DNA from: an uncultured bacterium
GTDB taxonomy: Bacteria > Fidelibacterota > Marinisomatia > SCGC-AAA003-L08 > TS1B11
Assembly: GCA_964543925.1 (NCBI GenBank)
Contig: CAZJBG010000003.1
Location: 1-45,813 of the forward strand
Direction: 5' to 3'
DNA: 45,813 bases
In this document: piece by piece, positions 35,524-44,355 of the stretch
How the letters are laid out: each line of letters begins with the position of its first letter
How positions within the stretch are numbered: position 1 is the stretch's first letter
Made by a program: the position numbers and the translations under genes
The notes under the pieces: model-generated
The model's input: only the letters and a program-made list of their open reading frames with translations
The model's database searches: none
Told to the model about the DNA's origin: nothing

Positions 35524-36762
35524 TTAAGCGTCAGATTTTTTCGATCCATATCGGCTTAGCCACTTCACGGGTCGGCTCTGAAAGACGATTTGATGAATTT
35601 CAAGCCACTCTGCGCGGGATTCTTCATTGGCCATCTTCCTCTCAAAGACGATTTTGATAACGATAGCTACAATCGCGGCCAGGTTCCCTAAAATAAGGCT
35701 CAGTATCATGATCCTTCTACGATTCGGTGAGCTGGGCAGTACTGGCGGAAAGGGGGCTTGCAGGATGGTAATAACCGGCTGACTACGCTTGAGTTCAAGC
35801 TCAACTTGGGTCAATTGAGCCTGAAGCTCGCTGTAAAGCTCGGTTTTAAAAGTAACCTGCCTGCGCAATCGCTCACGCTCAATTTGCATTTTGGCCGTTT
35901 TTGGATCCCAGTTGCTGTCAATAAACTTGGCCAATATTTTCTCTGCTTGCTCTAATTCTTGTAGGGCTTCAATTAATCGATTGCGGAAATAGGTTAATTT
36001 ATCCTCTGAATTATCAGTATAAATTTCCTGTACGCGTATCTTCAGTTGGTTGATAAAGCTTTGGGTGATCTGGGCTGAGATCTGGGGATCCGTCGTTGAG
36101 AATGAGATACTCATGACTCCTGACATAAGGTCAACGTCTACTGATAAATTATCAGCAAGCAATCGCGCAATCTCATCTTTTTCTACAGCTGAGAGTATCC
36201 GTTCGTCGTTCTCGGTAACGGTAGCATTTCCTGGTGGCTTTTTAAACATTCCTACAACCGTCTTCGGCAACCCTATGGTGATGCTCTTGAGACCCAATAG
36301 AAAGCTTCTGAAGGGGCCGGGAGGACGATTATAGTATTCTATCACTTTCATGGTTATATCCAGGTCTTCGATAAAGGCGGGACTATTTGCGACGGCTAAT
36401 AGAACTTCACGGCTCCTTAAAATATCCGGATATGTTTCGGGTGTAACGCCCCCCGTTTTGTCTCCCAGGTTGACCCTTAGTCTACTGAAATTGCTACGAC
36501 TGCTTAAACCCGGGGAGGAAGAGCTCCCTGATTCCACTTCGCGCACCACAAGTGCGGTGGCGGTGTATAATGATGGGCTCAGCAAAGCCTTCAGTAACCC
36601 GAGAATCACAACAACTCCGATGGTTGCCAATACAACTTGGCGGTGATGCACCAGACCCAATACAATCGCAAAAAAGGATATCCCCCTGTCTATCTCTCGG
36701 GGGATGCCCATACTGTTATCATCCTCAATTTTTCGACCGGGTTCAGTCACGTTGGCGCTCAT
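35524..36762 (-). CDS. Chain-length-determinant (Wzz/GumC-like) protein without a kinase domain
   Basis: N-terminal TM followed by LLKALLSPSLYTATALVV (Wzz motif region), a long coiled-coil (QELEQAEKILAKF...QLTQVELELKR) and a C-terminal TM with a proline-rich lead-in. No Walker motifs. Confidence 0.8.
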   Translation of the reverse strand: MSANVTEPGRKIEDDNSMGIPREIDRGISFFAIVLGLVHHRQVVLATIGVVVILGLLKALLSPSLYTATALVVREVESGSSSSPGLSSRSNFSRLRVNLGDKTGGVTPETYPDILRSREVLLAVANSPAFIEDLDITMKVIEYYNRPPGPFRSFLLGLKSITIGLPKTVVGMFKKPPGNATVTENDERILSAVEKDEIARLLADNLSVDVDLMSGVMSISFSTTDPQISAQITQSFINQLKIRVQEIYTDNSEDKLTYFRNRLIEALQELEQAEKILAKFIDSNWDPKTAKMQIERERLRRQVTFKTELYSELQAQLTQVELELKRSQPVITILQAPFPPVLPSSPNRRRIMILSLILGNLAAIVAIVIKIVFERKMANEESRAEWLEIHQIVFQSRPVKWLSRYGSKKSDA

Positions 36763-36828
36763 AAAGTCTCTTCATGTTTATTGGACCATTCAGAATTGAT
36801 TAAAAAGGATCCAGGGGGGCACAGGGCC

Positions 36829-38052
36829 TCATGGCCGAAACTGTTGAATAATCTTCATCATGGCCCCGGCTAAGACGACCCGGTTATACTTTTCCCTTAT
36901 AGCTCTTCGGCCGTTGGCCCCCATTATTTTGCACTTGTTCCTATCTGCCTGCAATTTTTTGATGGCCGTACTTAAAGCATCGCTGTCCTCGGGGCTAATA
37001 CCGATCCCGCATTGATGCTCGTTAATGATGTCCAGACTTTCTCCTCTGGCACCCAAAACTACGGGCTTACCCAGGGCCATGGCCTCAAAAAGTTTGGATG
37101 GAATAACAGTCTCAAACAGGGGGCTGTCCCGTAGCAACACGAGGGCCATATCCAAGGCCCCCAGCAGTTCGATGGCATTTTTGTGGTATTGTCGCTCAAT
37201 AAATCTAACATTGGTTAAGCCTTCAGACTGAGAAGTCTTGATTAATTGCGCCCTTTTGGCGCCGTCGCCCATGAGCGCATATTGAATAGAGGGGTCGTCC
37301 ATCGTCAGCTGGGCAACATTCAAAATGGTTACGAGGCTATGAGCCAGGCCGAAAGTTCCTACGTAGCCAACCAGAAAAGCGTCATGGGGAATACCGTATT
37401 TGCTGCGGATTTCCTCCCCGTTCGGAGGCGATACCATGTTATCCGGATGGACCCCGTTGGTGATGATATGGATTTTCTCACCTCGAATCCCCATATCGAT
37501 GAGTATTCGCTTGAAGGAATGGGTAACCGAAATAATAATATCGGCCCGGTGGTAGATAAAGCGAGCGACCCCTTCCAGGGCCTTATAGAGCATGTTGTGC
37601 TGTATGACGCCAACAGCAGCGATCGATTCCGGCCATAAATCGCGCACCTCAAGCACGAAAGGGCGGCCCTTAAGCCTGGCCAATACCCACCCGGTGACAG
37701 ACGTCAGGAATTGAGGTGTTGTCGCAATGACCACATCAGGCTTTTTTACAAATAGGCCGGCGAAGGTGGCGGTCACCATGAAACTGGCAAAGTCGATCAT
37801 CCGCCTGATGGTACCGGCATTGGCCGTTATGTAGGTCCAGACCCTGATCACCTGAATGCCCTCAAGATCCTCCCGTTGTAAAAGCTTATTTCGATAGCCC
37901 TCGAAGACTTTGCCGGCTGGAAAGTTGGGGACGCCGGTAACGATGGTGACCGTATGGCCCAGTTTAACCCATTCTCGTGCATGCTCGAAAGTACGTATGG
38001 CGGCCGCGTTGGTTTCAGGCGGGAAATTGTCCGTAATGAATAACAGATGCAT
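36829..38052 (-). CDS. Glycosyltransferase family 4 (GT-B, WbuB-like)
   Basis: MHLLFITDNFPPETNAAAIRTFEHAREW is a typical WbuB-type N-terminus. The C-terminal PSKLFEAMALGKPVV has the E(x7)E-region pattern. Confidence 0.9.
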   Translation of the reverse strand: MHLLFITDNFPPETNAAAIRTFEHAREWVKLGHTVTIVTGVPNFPAGKVFEGYRNKLLQREDLEGIQVIRVWTYITANAGTIRRMIDFASFMVTATFAGLFVKKPDVVIATTPQFLTSVTGWVLARLKGRPFVLEVRDLWPESIAAVGVIQHNMLYKALEGVARFIYHRADIIISVTHSFKRILIDMGIRGEKIHIITNGVHPDNMVSPPNGEEIRSKYGIPHDAFLVGYVGTFGLAHSLVTILNVAQLTMDDPSIQYALMGDGAKRAQLIKTSQSEGLTNVRFIERQYHKNAIELLGALDMALVLLRDSPLFETVIPSKLFEAMALGKPVVLGARGESLDIINEHQCGIGISPEDSDALSTAIKKLQADRNKCKIMGANGRRAIREKYNRVVLAGAMMKIIQQFRP

Positions 38053-38053
38053 T

Positions 38054-39706
38054 CTAGCGCCACACGATTGAAAAAAGGGTACCCTCCGGATTCAGGGGGG
38101 CAACCATGACACTATTGCGTAATGATATCCCCAATGCCGGGTGATAGGTGGACGGCTCCAAACCACCCCGGGGACCAGAAGTGGACCATGTAACTCGGTG
38201 CTGATCCAGTTGCAGCGACAAGGATTTCACTTGTCCCGCCGGCGTTGTCGTTGAGGCGATGTCCGGATGCCAATGGAACCGGGCAACAGACTGGATAGTT
38301 TTCCCCTCGATTCGATCCTCGATTTCCAGACGGTTCGCCTGAAGGCGCCACGTGCGCCGGTGGATCACGCGCCCCGGCAAGCGTGCATACCCATCATGGG
38401 CACAGCTCACAGCCAGCCCCTGGCGGCCTTCATCGGCATAACGCAGGTTGGCGGGGCGGGCCCGCCGTGCCACCCGGAAACTGCTCCAGACCTCGGATGA
38501 ATCTGCCCCATCGACTTCGACGGTCGTGTGGGCTGCCGTCGACCGTTGCCGGAGCCTTTCAGGGCTGGGGCCATAACATCCGGTGCCTGAGTTCACCACT
38601 GCCCTTCGGCCGAATAGGGATAGTTCGAAGCTCAAGCTGTCCGCGTGGGCATGGCCGGTAAGATATGGGGGACCGATTTCTCCTACGTCGAGGATGGCCA
38701 CCGCCTCATTGCGGGCCAGCCGGATATAGCCGCTGGCAGGCAGGCAGGTGATACCTTCCTGGGGATCAGGCGCTTCGCTCAGCCCCAAGCGGCGGGCATA
38801 GGCTTCTAGCTCGGCCGGTGTGGCGGCAACCCCCAGGGCGGCATCGTTGAAGAAGGCAATCTCCCCATCCGGGTGGCACATGACTTTGAGCCAGTATCTC
38901 ATTTTCTGGATGGCCGCTGTCCACTCACCAGGCAAATTCTGATATTTTGGCGGAAGGGCCCCACTCCCGAAAGTATGCACCAGATTGTAAAGATCGAGGA
39001 GGTCTTCCAGGATAATACTATGGTACATGGGGCTAAGCTCAAAGTGGCCTCCATCGGACAGGATATGCTCGGGCATCTCTCTGGCGAGCAGCTGCAATCC
39101 CTTCTCGAGCCAGGCGGCGGCTTCCGATCCCCCGTAGAACAGACCGGCGAGCACCAGCGCCTTCGCATTGGCAAACAGATGGTTCCCAAGCAAATGATAT
39201 TCCAGTCGTTTGGAGAGGAAGCGGGCCTGCACCGCCAGACTGGTGACCATATCCGGTGTCGGTTTATGGCCAGCCAGGAGCCACTTGATCCAGTTGACGA
39301 TACGTACCGACAGGGGATATGACTCCCATCCGGTACCCTTGGCCGGTTGATTTTCCTCGATCCATCTCTGAATCAAGGCCCGATGCCACTGTTGGCGAGC
39401 ATCGGCACCATCGGCGCTTAAATCATCGAAATAATGAAGATAATAGAGCCACAACTTGTCCCTCGAAGGGTCATTCCACGACTGCCGCGAACTGATGTCG
39501 TGCTCCTCATTCAGTGCATTAAACCGGTTAGGCGAGACCAGGGCCGCTTGTTTCACCGCTGGCGGCACCAGGGGGCCATCGGTCCTGCGCAGAGGGGGTG
39601 GAGAGCGCGAGTTGGGCTTGGGATGATAGACCCGGTACCAGAGACGCCCATATATCTGGACAGGCCGCAGATAACGGACAGTGCGGAAAAACCGGAGGAA
39701 ATTCAA
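38054..39706 (-). CDS. Heparinase II/III-like family protein
   Basis: The alpha-toroid N-terminal half has NHLFANAKALVLAGLFY. The C-terminal half has GHAHADSLSFELSLFGRRAVVNSGT, the Hepar_II_III signature as I recall it. 4-nt overlap with the upstream gene and a 1-nt gap to the next. Confidence 0.85.
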   Translation of the reverse strand: MNFLRFFRTVRYLRPVQIYGRLWYRVYHPKPNSRSPPPLRRTDGPLVPPAVKQAALVSPNRFNALNEEHDISSRQSWNDPSRDKLWLYYLHYFDDLSADGADARQQWHRALIQRWIEENQPAKGTGWESYPLSVRIVNWIKWLLAGHKPTPDMVTSLAVQARFLSKRLEYHLLGNHLFANAKALVLAGLFYGGSEAAAWLEKGLQLLAREMPEHILSDGGHFELSPMYHSIILEDLLDLYNLVHTFGSGALPPKYQNLPGEWTAAIQKMRYWLKVMCHPDGEIAFFNDAALGVAATPAELEAYARRLGLSEAPDPQEGITCLPASGYIRLARNEAVAILDVGEIGPPYLTGHAHADSLSFELSLFGRRAVVNSGTGCYGPSPERLRQRSTAAHTTVEVDGADSSEVWSSFRVARRARPANLRYADEGRQGLAVSCAHDGYARLPGRVIHRRTWRLQANRLEIEDRIEGKTIQSVARFHWHPDIASTTTPAGQVKSLSLQLDQHRVTWSTSGPRGGLEPSTYHPALGISLRNSVMVAPLNPEGTLFSIVWR

Positions 39707-41847
39707 CGTTGGACCGCTTCGGCCAACTCGAACGTTACCCGGGTCACCTCAGCCAACTCCGCGAATTGGATGGGCGCCCCCTGGCTCTGGCGCAGAGCCT
39801 GGACAAAGGCAGCCACGCAGGAAGCATTTCCCTTATCCTGACGCCACAGTTTCATGGTCTTAAAGCCGGGCCAGCCGTAGCCCCGCAGGCGGCGGAAGTT
39901 GTTCAGCTGCAGGATGCGACCGGCACAAAAAACCTCCAGACGCTCTTTGGGAAAAGACCTGTGCCCGTTGGCCAGGTAGTGGACCGTACCAAAGGAACCA
40001 TCCGCAAATCCCAGGGTGAAGCTCACTTTGTCATCCCTTATCGCCACACCGGATGCGTCTCCCATCATGGTGGCCTGGACCGAAACGATCGGTTCGCCAA
40101 CCAGAAACCGCAGCAGATCGACGAAGTGGCACCCTTCCCCGATTATGCGTCCCCCGCCGACGGCCGGATCATGAGTCCAGTCGTCGGAAGGGATCTCGCC
40201 TGCGTTTACCGTCATCACTAAGGATTTGGGTGCACTAACACCACTGAGCAGCGCCTTCATCTTACGGAGGTGCGGAGCGAACCGGCGGTTGAAGCCAACC
40301 ATCAGCAAGGGGGCCTGCCCCCTGGATTGCATGCGGTCATAGGTGGATTCGATCTCACGGAGTTCGTCCCTGGTTATGGCAAGAGGCTTTTCCACAAAAA
40401 CGTGTTTTCCTGCCTGGAGGGCCTGGCAAACAAATCGGGCGTGGCTGTCATGGCGGGTAGCAATGACAACGGCATTGATATCGGGGTCGTCCAGCAGGCT
40501 TTCCGTGTCGGTAGTGGCGGCCTCAAACCCGAATTTGCGTCCTGCATACGCCCCGGAAGCGCCGCCGCTGGAAGCCACAGTCTTCAGTCGTACCCTGGCC
40601 TTTTTGAAGGCAGGGATCAGGGTCCGGGTAGCATAGTTACCAGCACCGATCATTCCCAGAACCGGTTTGGTGGGTGTGGCTGCCGCCGGCATCGCCTCTG
40701 GGATCAATTCGATGGTCCTGTCGAACGTTGCCTTGGCCGCTTCATCGTATGTCAGCAGGATACCCAATACCGGTTCGCTGCCGCCGATGAGGTCGTATGC
40801 TCTGGCAGCCTCTCCGAGGGGGAAGCGGTGGGAGATCAAGGACCCGGTTTCCAGGCGATTCCCGGCCAGCATATCCAGCACCGCTTCAAAATTGCGCTGC
40901 TCGGTCCAGCGCACGTAGCCGATGGGATAATCGTGGCCACCCTCCTCGTAGTCCGGATCGTATCGGCCCGGCCCATAGGAGCATGATACCTGGAACGAAA
41001 GTTCCTTTTCATAAAAGTCGGCCCGTTGGAGCTGCATGCCTGCCACCCCTACCAGGACAATGCGCCCCTTTTTGCGACACATCCGGGCGGCCTGGTGGAT
41101 GGGCTCATTACTATCGGTGGATGCCGCTATGATAACCCCATCCACACCACGGCCACGGGAGAATGCCTGGGCCGCGGCCAGGGGATCCTCTCCCCTGGAC
41201 AAGTCGACAGTGTCAGCGCCATATGCCTTGGCCAGCTCCACCCTGGCAGCATCAAAGTCCAACCCCAGCACCCGGTAGCCCTGGGCCCTGAGCAACTGAA
41301 CCGCCAGCAGTCCTACCAGACCCAACCCGGTGACCACAAATGCTTCACCGAGTGTGGGTTGAGCCAGCCGTATTCCTTGCAAGGCAACGGCAGCCAGCAC
41401 GGTGAAGGCCGCTTCATCATCGGACACGCCCTCCGGCACTTTGGCGCAGAGATTTGCCGGCACCAGTACCACCTCAGCGTGGTGACCATTAGATACTACA
41501 CGATCACCTACCTGGAAACCCTCCACGCCGACGCCTACTTCCAACACCTCACCTACGTTGCAGTAACCCAGCGGGAGGGGTTGGTCCAGCTTGCTCTTTA
41601 CGGCTTCCAGCGTGGGAAACAGGCCGTCGGTTTTGATCTTTTCCAGCACCTGATGGACCTTTTCCGGCTGCTGACGGGCCTTGCCTAACAGGTTGGCACG
41701 GCCAAACTCTACCAGCATACGCTCTGTGCCGAGAGAGATCAGGCTCCTACGGGTCCGAATGAGGATTTGACCCTTACCCACCTGGGGGCAGGGCAATTCG
41801 GCGATTTCTATTTCGCCGGTTCTGAGATGTTGAAACAGTTGTTTCAT
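39703..41847 (-). CDS. Bi-domain oxidoreductase: N-terminal MDR/alcohol-dehydrogenase-like domain plus C-terminal Gfo/Idh/MocA domain
   Basis: The N-terminal half has GYCNVGEVLEVG..GDRVV and VTGLGLVGLLAVQLL (Rossmann). The C-terminal half has GMIGAGNYA..., INAVVIATRHDSHA and VFVEKPLA (Gfo/Idh/MocA). Confidence 0.9.
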   Translation of the reverse strand: MKQLFQHLRTGEIEIAELPCPQVGKGQILIRTRRSLISLGTERMLVEFGRANLLGKARQQPEKVHQVLEKIKTDGLFPTLEAVKSKLDQPLPLGYCNVGEVLEVGVGVEGFQVGDRVVSNGHHAEVVLVPANLCAKVPEGVSDDEAAFTVLAAVALQGIRLAQPTLGEAFVVTGLGLVGLLAVQLLRAQGYRVLGLDFDAARVELAKAYGADTVDLSRGEDPLAAAQAFSRGRGVDGVIIAASTDSNEPIHQAARMCRKKGRIVLVGVAGMQLQRADFYEKELSFQVSCSYGPGRYDPDYEEGGHDYPIGYVRWTEQRNFEAVLDMLAGNRLETGSLISHRFPLGEAARAYDLIGGSEPVLGILLTYDEAAKATFDRTIELIPEAMPAAATPTKPVLGMIGAGNYATRTLIPAFKKARVRLKTVASSGGASGAYAGRKFGFEAATTDTESLLDDPDINAVVIATRHDSHARFVCQALQAGKHVFVEKPLAITRDELREIESTYDRMQSRGQAPLLMVGFNRRFAPHLRKMKALLSGVSAPKSLVMTVNAGEIPSDDWTHDPAVGGGRIIGEGCHFVDLLRFLVGEPIVSVQATMMGDASGVAIRDDKVSFTLGFADGSFGTVHYLANGHRSFPKERLEVFCAGRILQLNNFRRLRGYGWPGFKTMKLWRQDKGNASCVAAFVQALRQSQGAPIQFAELAEVTRVTFELAEAVQR

Positions 41848-42776
41848 TCCCCTGAATTCCTGTTTTCCGAGGCCGGTTGATGAATCTTTGCGGCAAGTTG
41901 TTTCTGCAAAGGGGAATTCAATACTCGCGGGTCAAAGTCTCCTGCCGGCACTTTCGGCACCTGCGGAATCACTCCGGTTAGACGCATTTCTTTCGCTTTC
42001 AGCTCCCGCATTCTGCGCACTTCAACACGCAGACGCGCCCACGTCAGGCCGATGCGCCCGTCGCGCCATGCGCCGCGGCCAAAGACTTCGTGCAACCATT
42101 GAATTTGGTAGCGGAAGGGTACCTTGAAAAACATCTTCTTGAAAAACATTCGCCGCTCAAGTGTTGAGCCGAAGAATCTAGGCGTCGCCGCCAGCGCCGA
42201 GCCTTTGACCATCATGATCGCCTCCATGGTCGAATAGCGATCTTGCTTGTCGTACCAATGCTTCATATCCGGACTGTCATAATGCTCGAGAATCCCTTTC
42301 AGATTTCCAACAGACCCATCTATCAGAGGATGTTCATTGACGATAACGTCTGAGAAACGGCACTTACCGGTCCTCCATAAACGCAGTACCGGGGCCACAA
42401 CGTGCAGAGGCTGCCCCATGAACCAGAGCCGACGGTCCACCCAATATCCGTGATGGTCCGGGTCTGCTGTCAGCAGGAGCCGTATCTCGTCCTTAAGTTC
42501 CGGCGACAGCCGCTCATCCGGATCAAGCTTGAAAGTCCATGGTGTGTTGAGCGGCAGATTTCTCAGCGCGAAATTCCACTGATCACCAAAATTGGTGAAC
42601 GGCCGTTGAACGATTCCTACCCCGTTTTCCACCGCGATATCCACGGTTCGGTCGGTGCTGCAACTGTCGACAATGAAGATATCCTCCGCCCAATCCCGGA
42701 CATTCTCAATCGCTCCCGGGAGGTGAAACTCCTCGTTCATTGTCAGCATGATGACTGTTATGGGCAGGGGTTTCAT
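41844..42776 (-). CDS. Glycosyltransferase family 2
   Basis: ITVIMLTMNEEFHLPGAIENV...IFIVDSCSTDRTVDIA is the GT-A N-terminal pattern, and DPDERL resembles a DxD region. Confidence 0.85.
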   Translation of the reverse strand: MKPLPITVIMLTMNEEFHLPGAIENVRDWAEDIFIVDSCSTDRTVDIAVENGVGIVQRPFTNFGDQWNFALRNLPLNTPWTFKLDPDERLSPELKDEIRLLLTADPDHHGYWVDRRLWFMGQPLHVVAPVLRLWRTGKCRFSDVIVNEHPLIDGSVGNLKGILEHYDSPDMKHWYDKQDRYSTMEAIMMVKGSALAATPRFFGSTLERRMFFKKMFFKVPFRYQIQWLHEVFGRGAWRDGRIGLTWARLRVEVRRMRELKAKEMRLTGVIPQVPKVPAGDFDPRVLNSPLQKQLAAKIHQPASENRNSGE

Positions 42777-42804
42777 TTTTTAATTTCATCGAACTGAATA
42801 CGGT

Positions 42805-43485
42805 TCAGTTTGATGTTGGCTTTTCGCACTCGATAACCAAGGTATCCGGAAATTCTCGCGAAGGTTTTTCTTCCTCTGTCCCCAATACGCGCGAGTCGAT
42901 CCAATCGGGATGTTTTGTTTCAAACTTCGGCCGGCACTGCGCGATATTGACAAACCCGGCATCTTTGGCCAGCTCCTGAAGGTAAGAAAAGGTTAAGATA
43001 CTGGTATGTTCGTTCCGGCAAAGTAGAAAATTGGCGAAGCGCCCGCCAATACTACGACGCTTGTCCGGCCAGTCGCCAAACCACTCATTATCACCTTCGA
43101 TAAACTTCTGGATGGCGCTGTCTCCGCTTGGGCCGGCGATGCGAATACGGCCGCCGGGTTTCAGACAACGATACATTTCCGCGAAATGAAATGGAAGCAG
43201 ACTGTCGGGGAGATGCTCGATCATGTTGCAGGAATAAAAAACATCGACCGATTGGTCGGGAAACGGCAACTTGTTGCGCAGATCGGCCCAAATATCACAT
43301 TTTGCTGTGAAGCAGTTGGCATCCACATTGATCCAGCCGTCGATGTATTTGTGCTGTCCGGGGCCAAGATGCGCCTTTACGAGATCCTTGCGCGGTGGGC
43401 GAAAAGCGCGATAGAAAGCGCCGTTCAAGCGCATGGGCACCCCCATCAGTACATAATATAAGGCCTTTGCCTGCCGTGAGAGCAT
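42805..43485 (-). CDS. Class I SAM-dependent methyltransferase (Methyltransf_11-like)
   Basis: HLGPGQHKYIDGWINVD (motif I variant common in LPS-cluster methyltransferases). VDVFYSCNMIEHLP and LKPGGRIRIAGP are the post-I and II/III motifs. Confidence 0.8.
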   Translation of the reverse strand: MLSRQAKALYYVLMGVPMRLNGAFYRAFRPPRKDLVKAHLGPGQHKYIDGWINVDANCFTAKCDIWADLRNKLPFPDQSVDVFYSCNMIEHLPDSLLPFHFAEMYRCLKPGGRIRIAGPSGDSAIQKFIEGDNEWFGDWPDKRRSIGGRFANFLLCRNEHTSILTFSYLQELAKDAGFVNIAQCRPKFETKHPDWIDSRVLGTEEEKPSREFPDTLVIECEKPTSN

Positions 43486-43487
43486 AA

Positions 43488-43676
43488 TCAGGACTGTTTC
43501 CCTATTCCGCCAGGATCACTCAAAGCAGGGCGTCCTTTGCGAAAGCACATGTTTGCGTACAGGTCATAATTCACCTTATTGGTAACGCGTAGCACCCCTT
43601 CCAGGACCGGGCAGTATATGACGCCGAAAGCCTCAAGCCGTTGGCTTATGAGAATCGTCATAGGTGATTTGTTCAT
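43488..43676 (-). CDS. Possible small protein (62 aa) wedged between two methyltransferase genes
   Basis: It exactly fills the gap between neighbours, 21 nt after the upstream stop and 2 nt before the next start. There is no recognisable motif and no clear RBS. It may be a relic. Confidence 0.3.
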   Translation of the reverse strand: MNKSPMTILISQRLEAFGVIYCPVLEGVLRVTNKVNYDLYANMCFRKGRPALSDPGGIGKQS

Positions 43677-43697
43677 TCTAAAGTTGATCGTCTCATT

Positions 43698-44327
43698 TTA
43701 TTCGTCCCTGCTCACCACCACAAACCAGGTACGATACAACCCCCAAATGCGCCCGATTCCTCCATAGGACAATGGGGTAAATCCCGTTCGCTTAAGGCAG
43801 CCAGCCAAGCTAGCCTTATCAAAGAAGCGTATATGGCTGCCAGACACATTGAAATGTCTGTGGAACTTAAAAAGAACGATAAAGAGGTTCTTAATGAACC
43901 CATGATAGGGCGTCGTGAGGATCAAGATTCCGCCCGGTTTCATCACCCGCCTGATTTCCTTTAAAAAATTGTCCACTTCCAAAATATGTTCAATGACCTC
44001 GGAACACCAAACGGCTCCAAAGGTTTGATCTTCTGCCGGAATGGAACCATCCGAGTTCAACATTCTGAAATCCCCACCGGGAAAACCACGTCGGGCCATG
44101 TCCACGGCCTTCTTTGATATATCCATGCCAGTCGCGTCGAAGCCCGCCTCGGCGGCCCAGGCGGTGAACTTCCCTCCCCCTCCGCAACCCAAATCCAAAA
44201 CCGTCTCGCCAGGCTCGCAGTACTTATTGAGCGTTTGCAGCAGACGGCGTTTCCGCTCCGGGGTCGTAACATCATGGTCAGACACATCACTGTCCCGGGT
44301 CCAGTATTTCTCGTAATATTCTTTCAT
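43698..44327 (-). CDS. Class I SAM-dependent methyltransferase
   Basis: VLDLGCGGG (motif I), GMDIS, FGAVWCSEVIEHI, MKPGGILILTTP. Confidence 0.9.
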   Translation of the reverse strand: MKEYYEKYWTRDSDVSDHDVTTPERKRRLLQTLNKYCEPGETVLDLGCGGGGKFTAWAAEAGFDATGMDISKKAVDMARRGFPGGDFRMLNSDGSIPAEDQTFGAVWCSEVIEHILEVDNFLKEIRRVMKPGGILILTTPYHGFIKNLFIVLFKFHRHFNVSGSHIRFFDKASLAGCLKRTGFTPLSYGGIGRIWGLYRTWFVVVSRDE

Positions 44328-44355
44328 CGAATGTTATGGCTCCCCTTCCGCAAAA

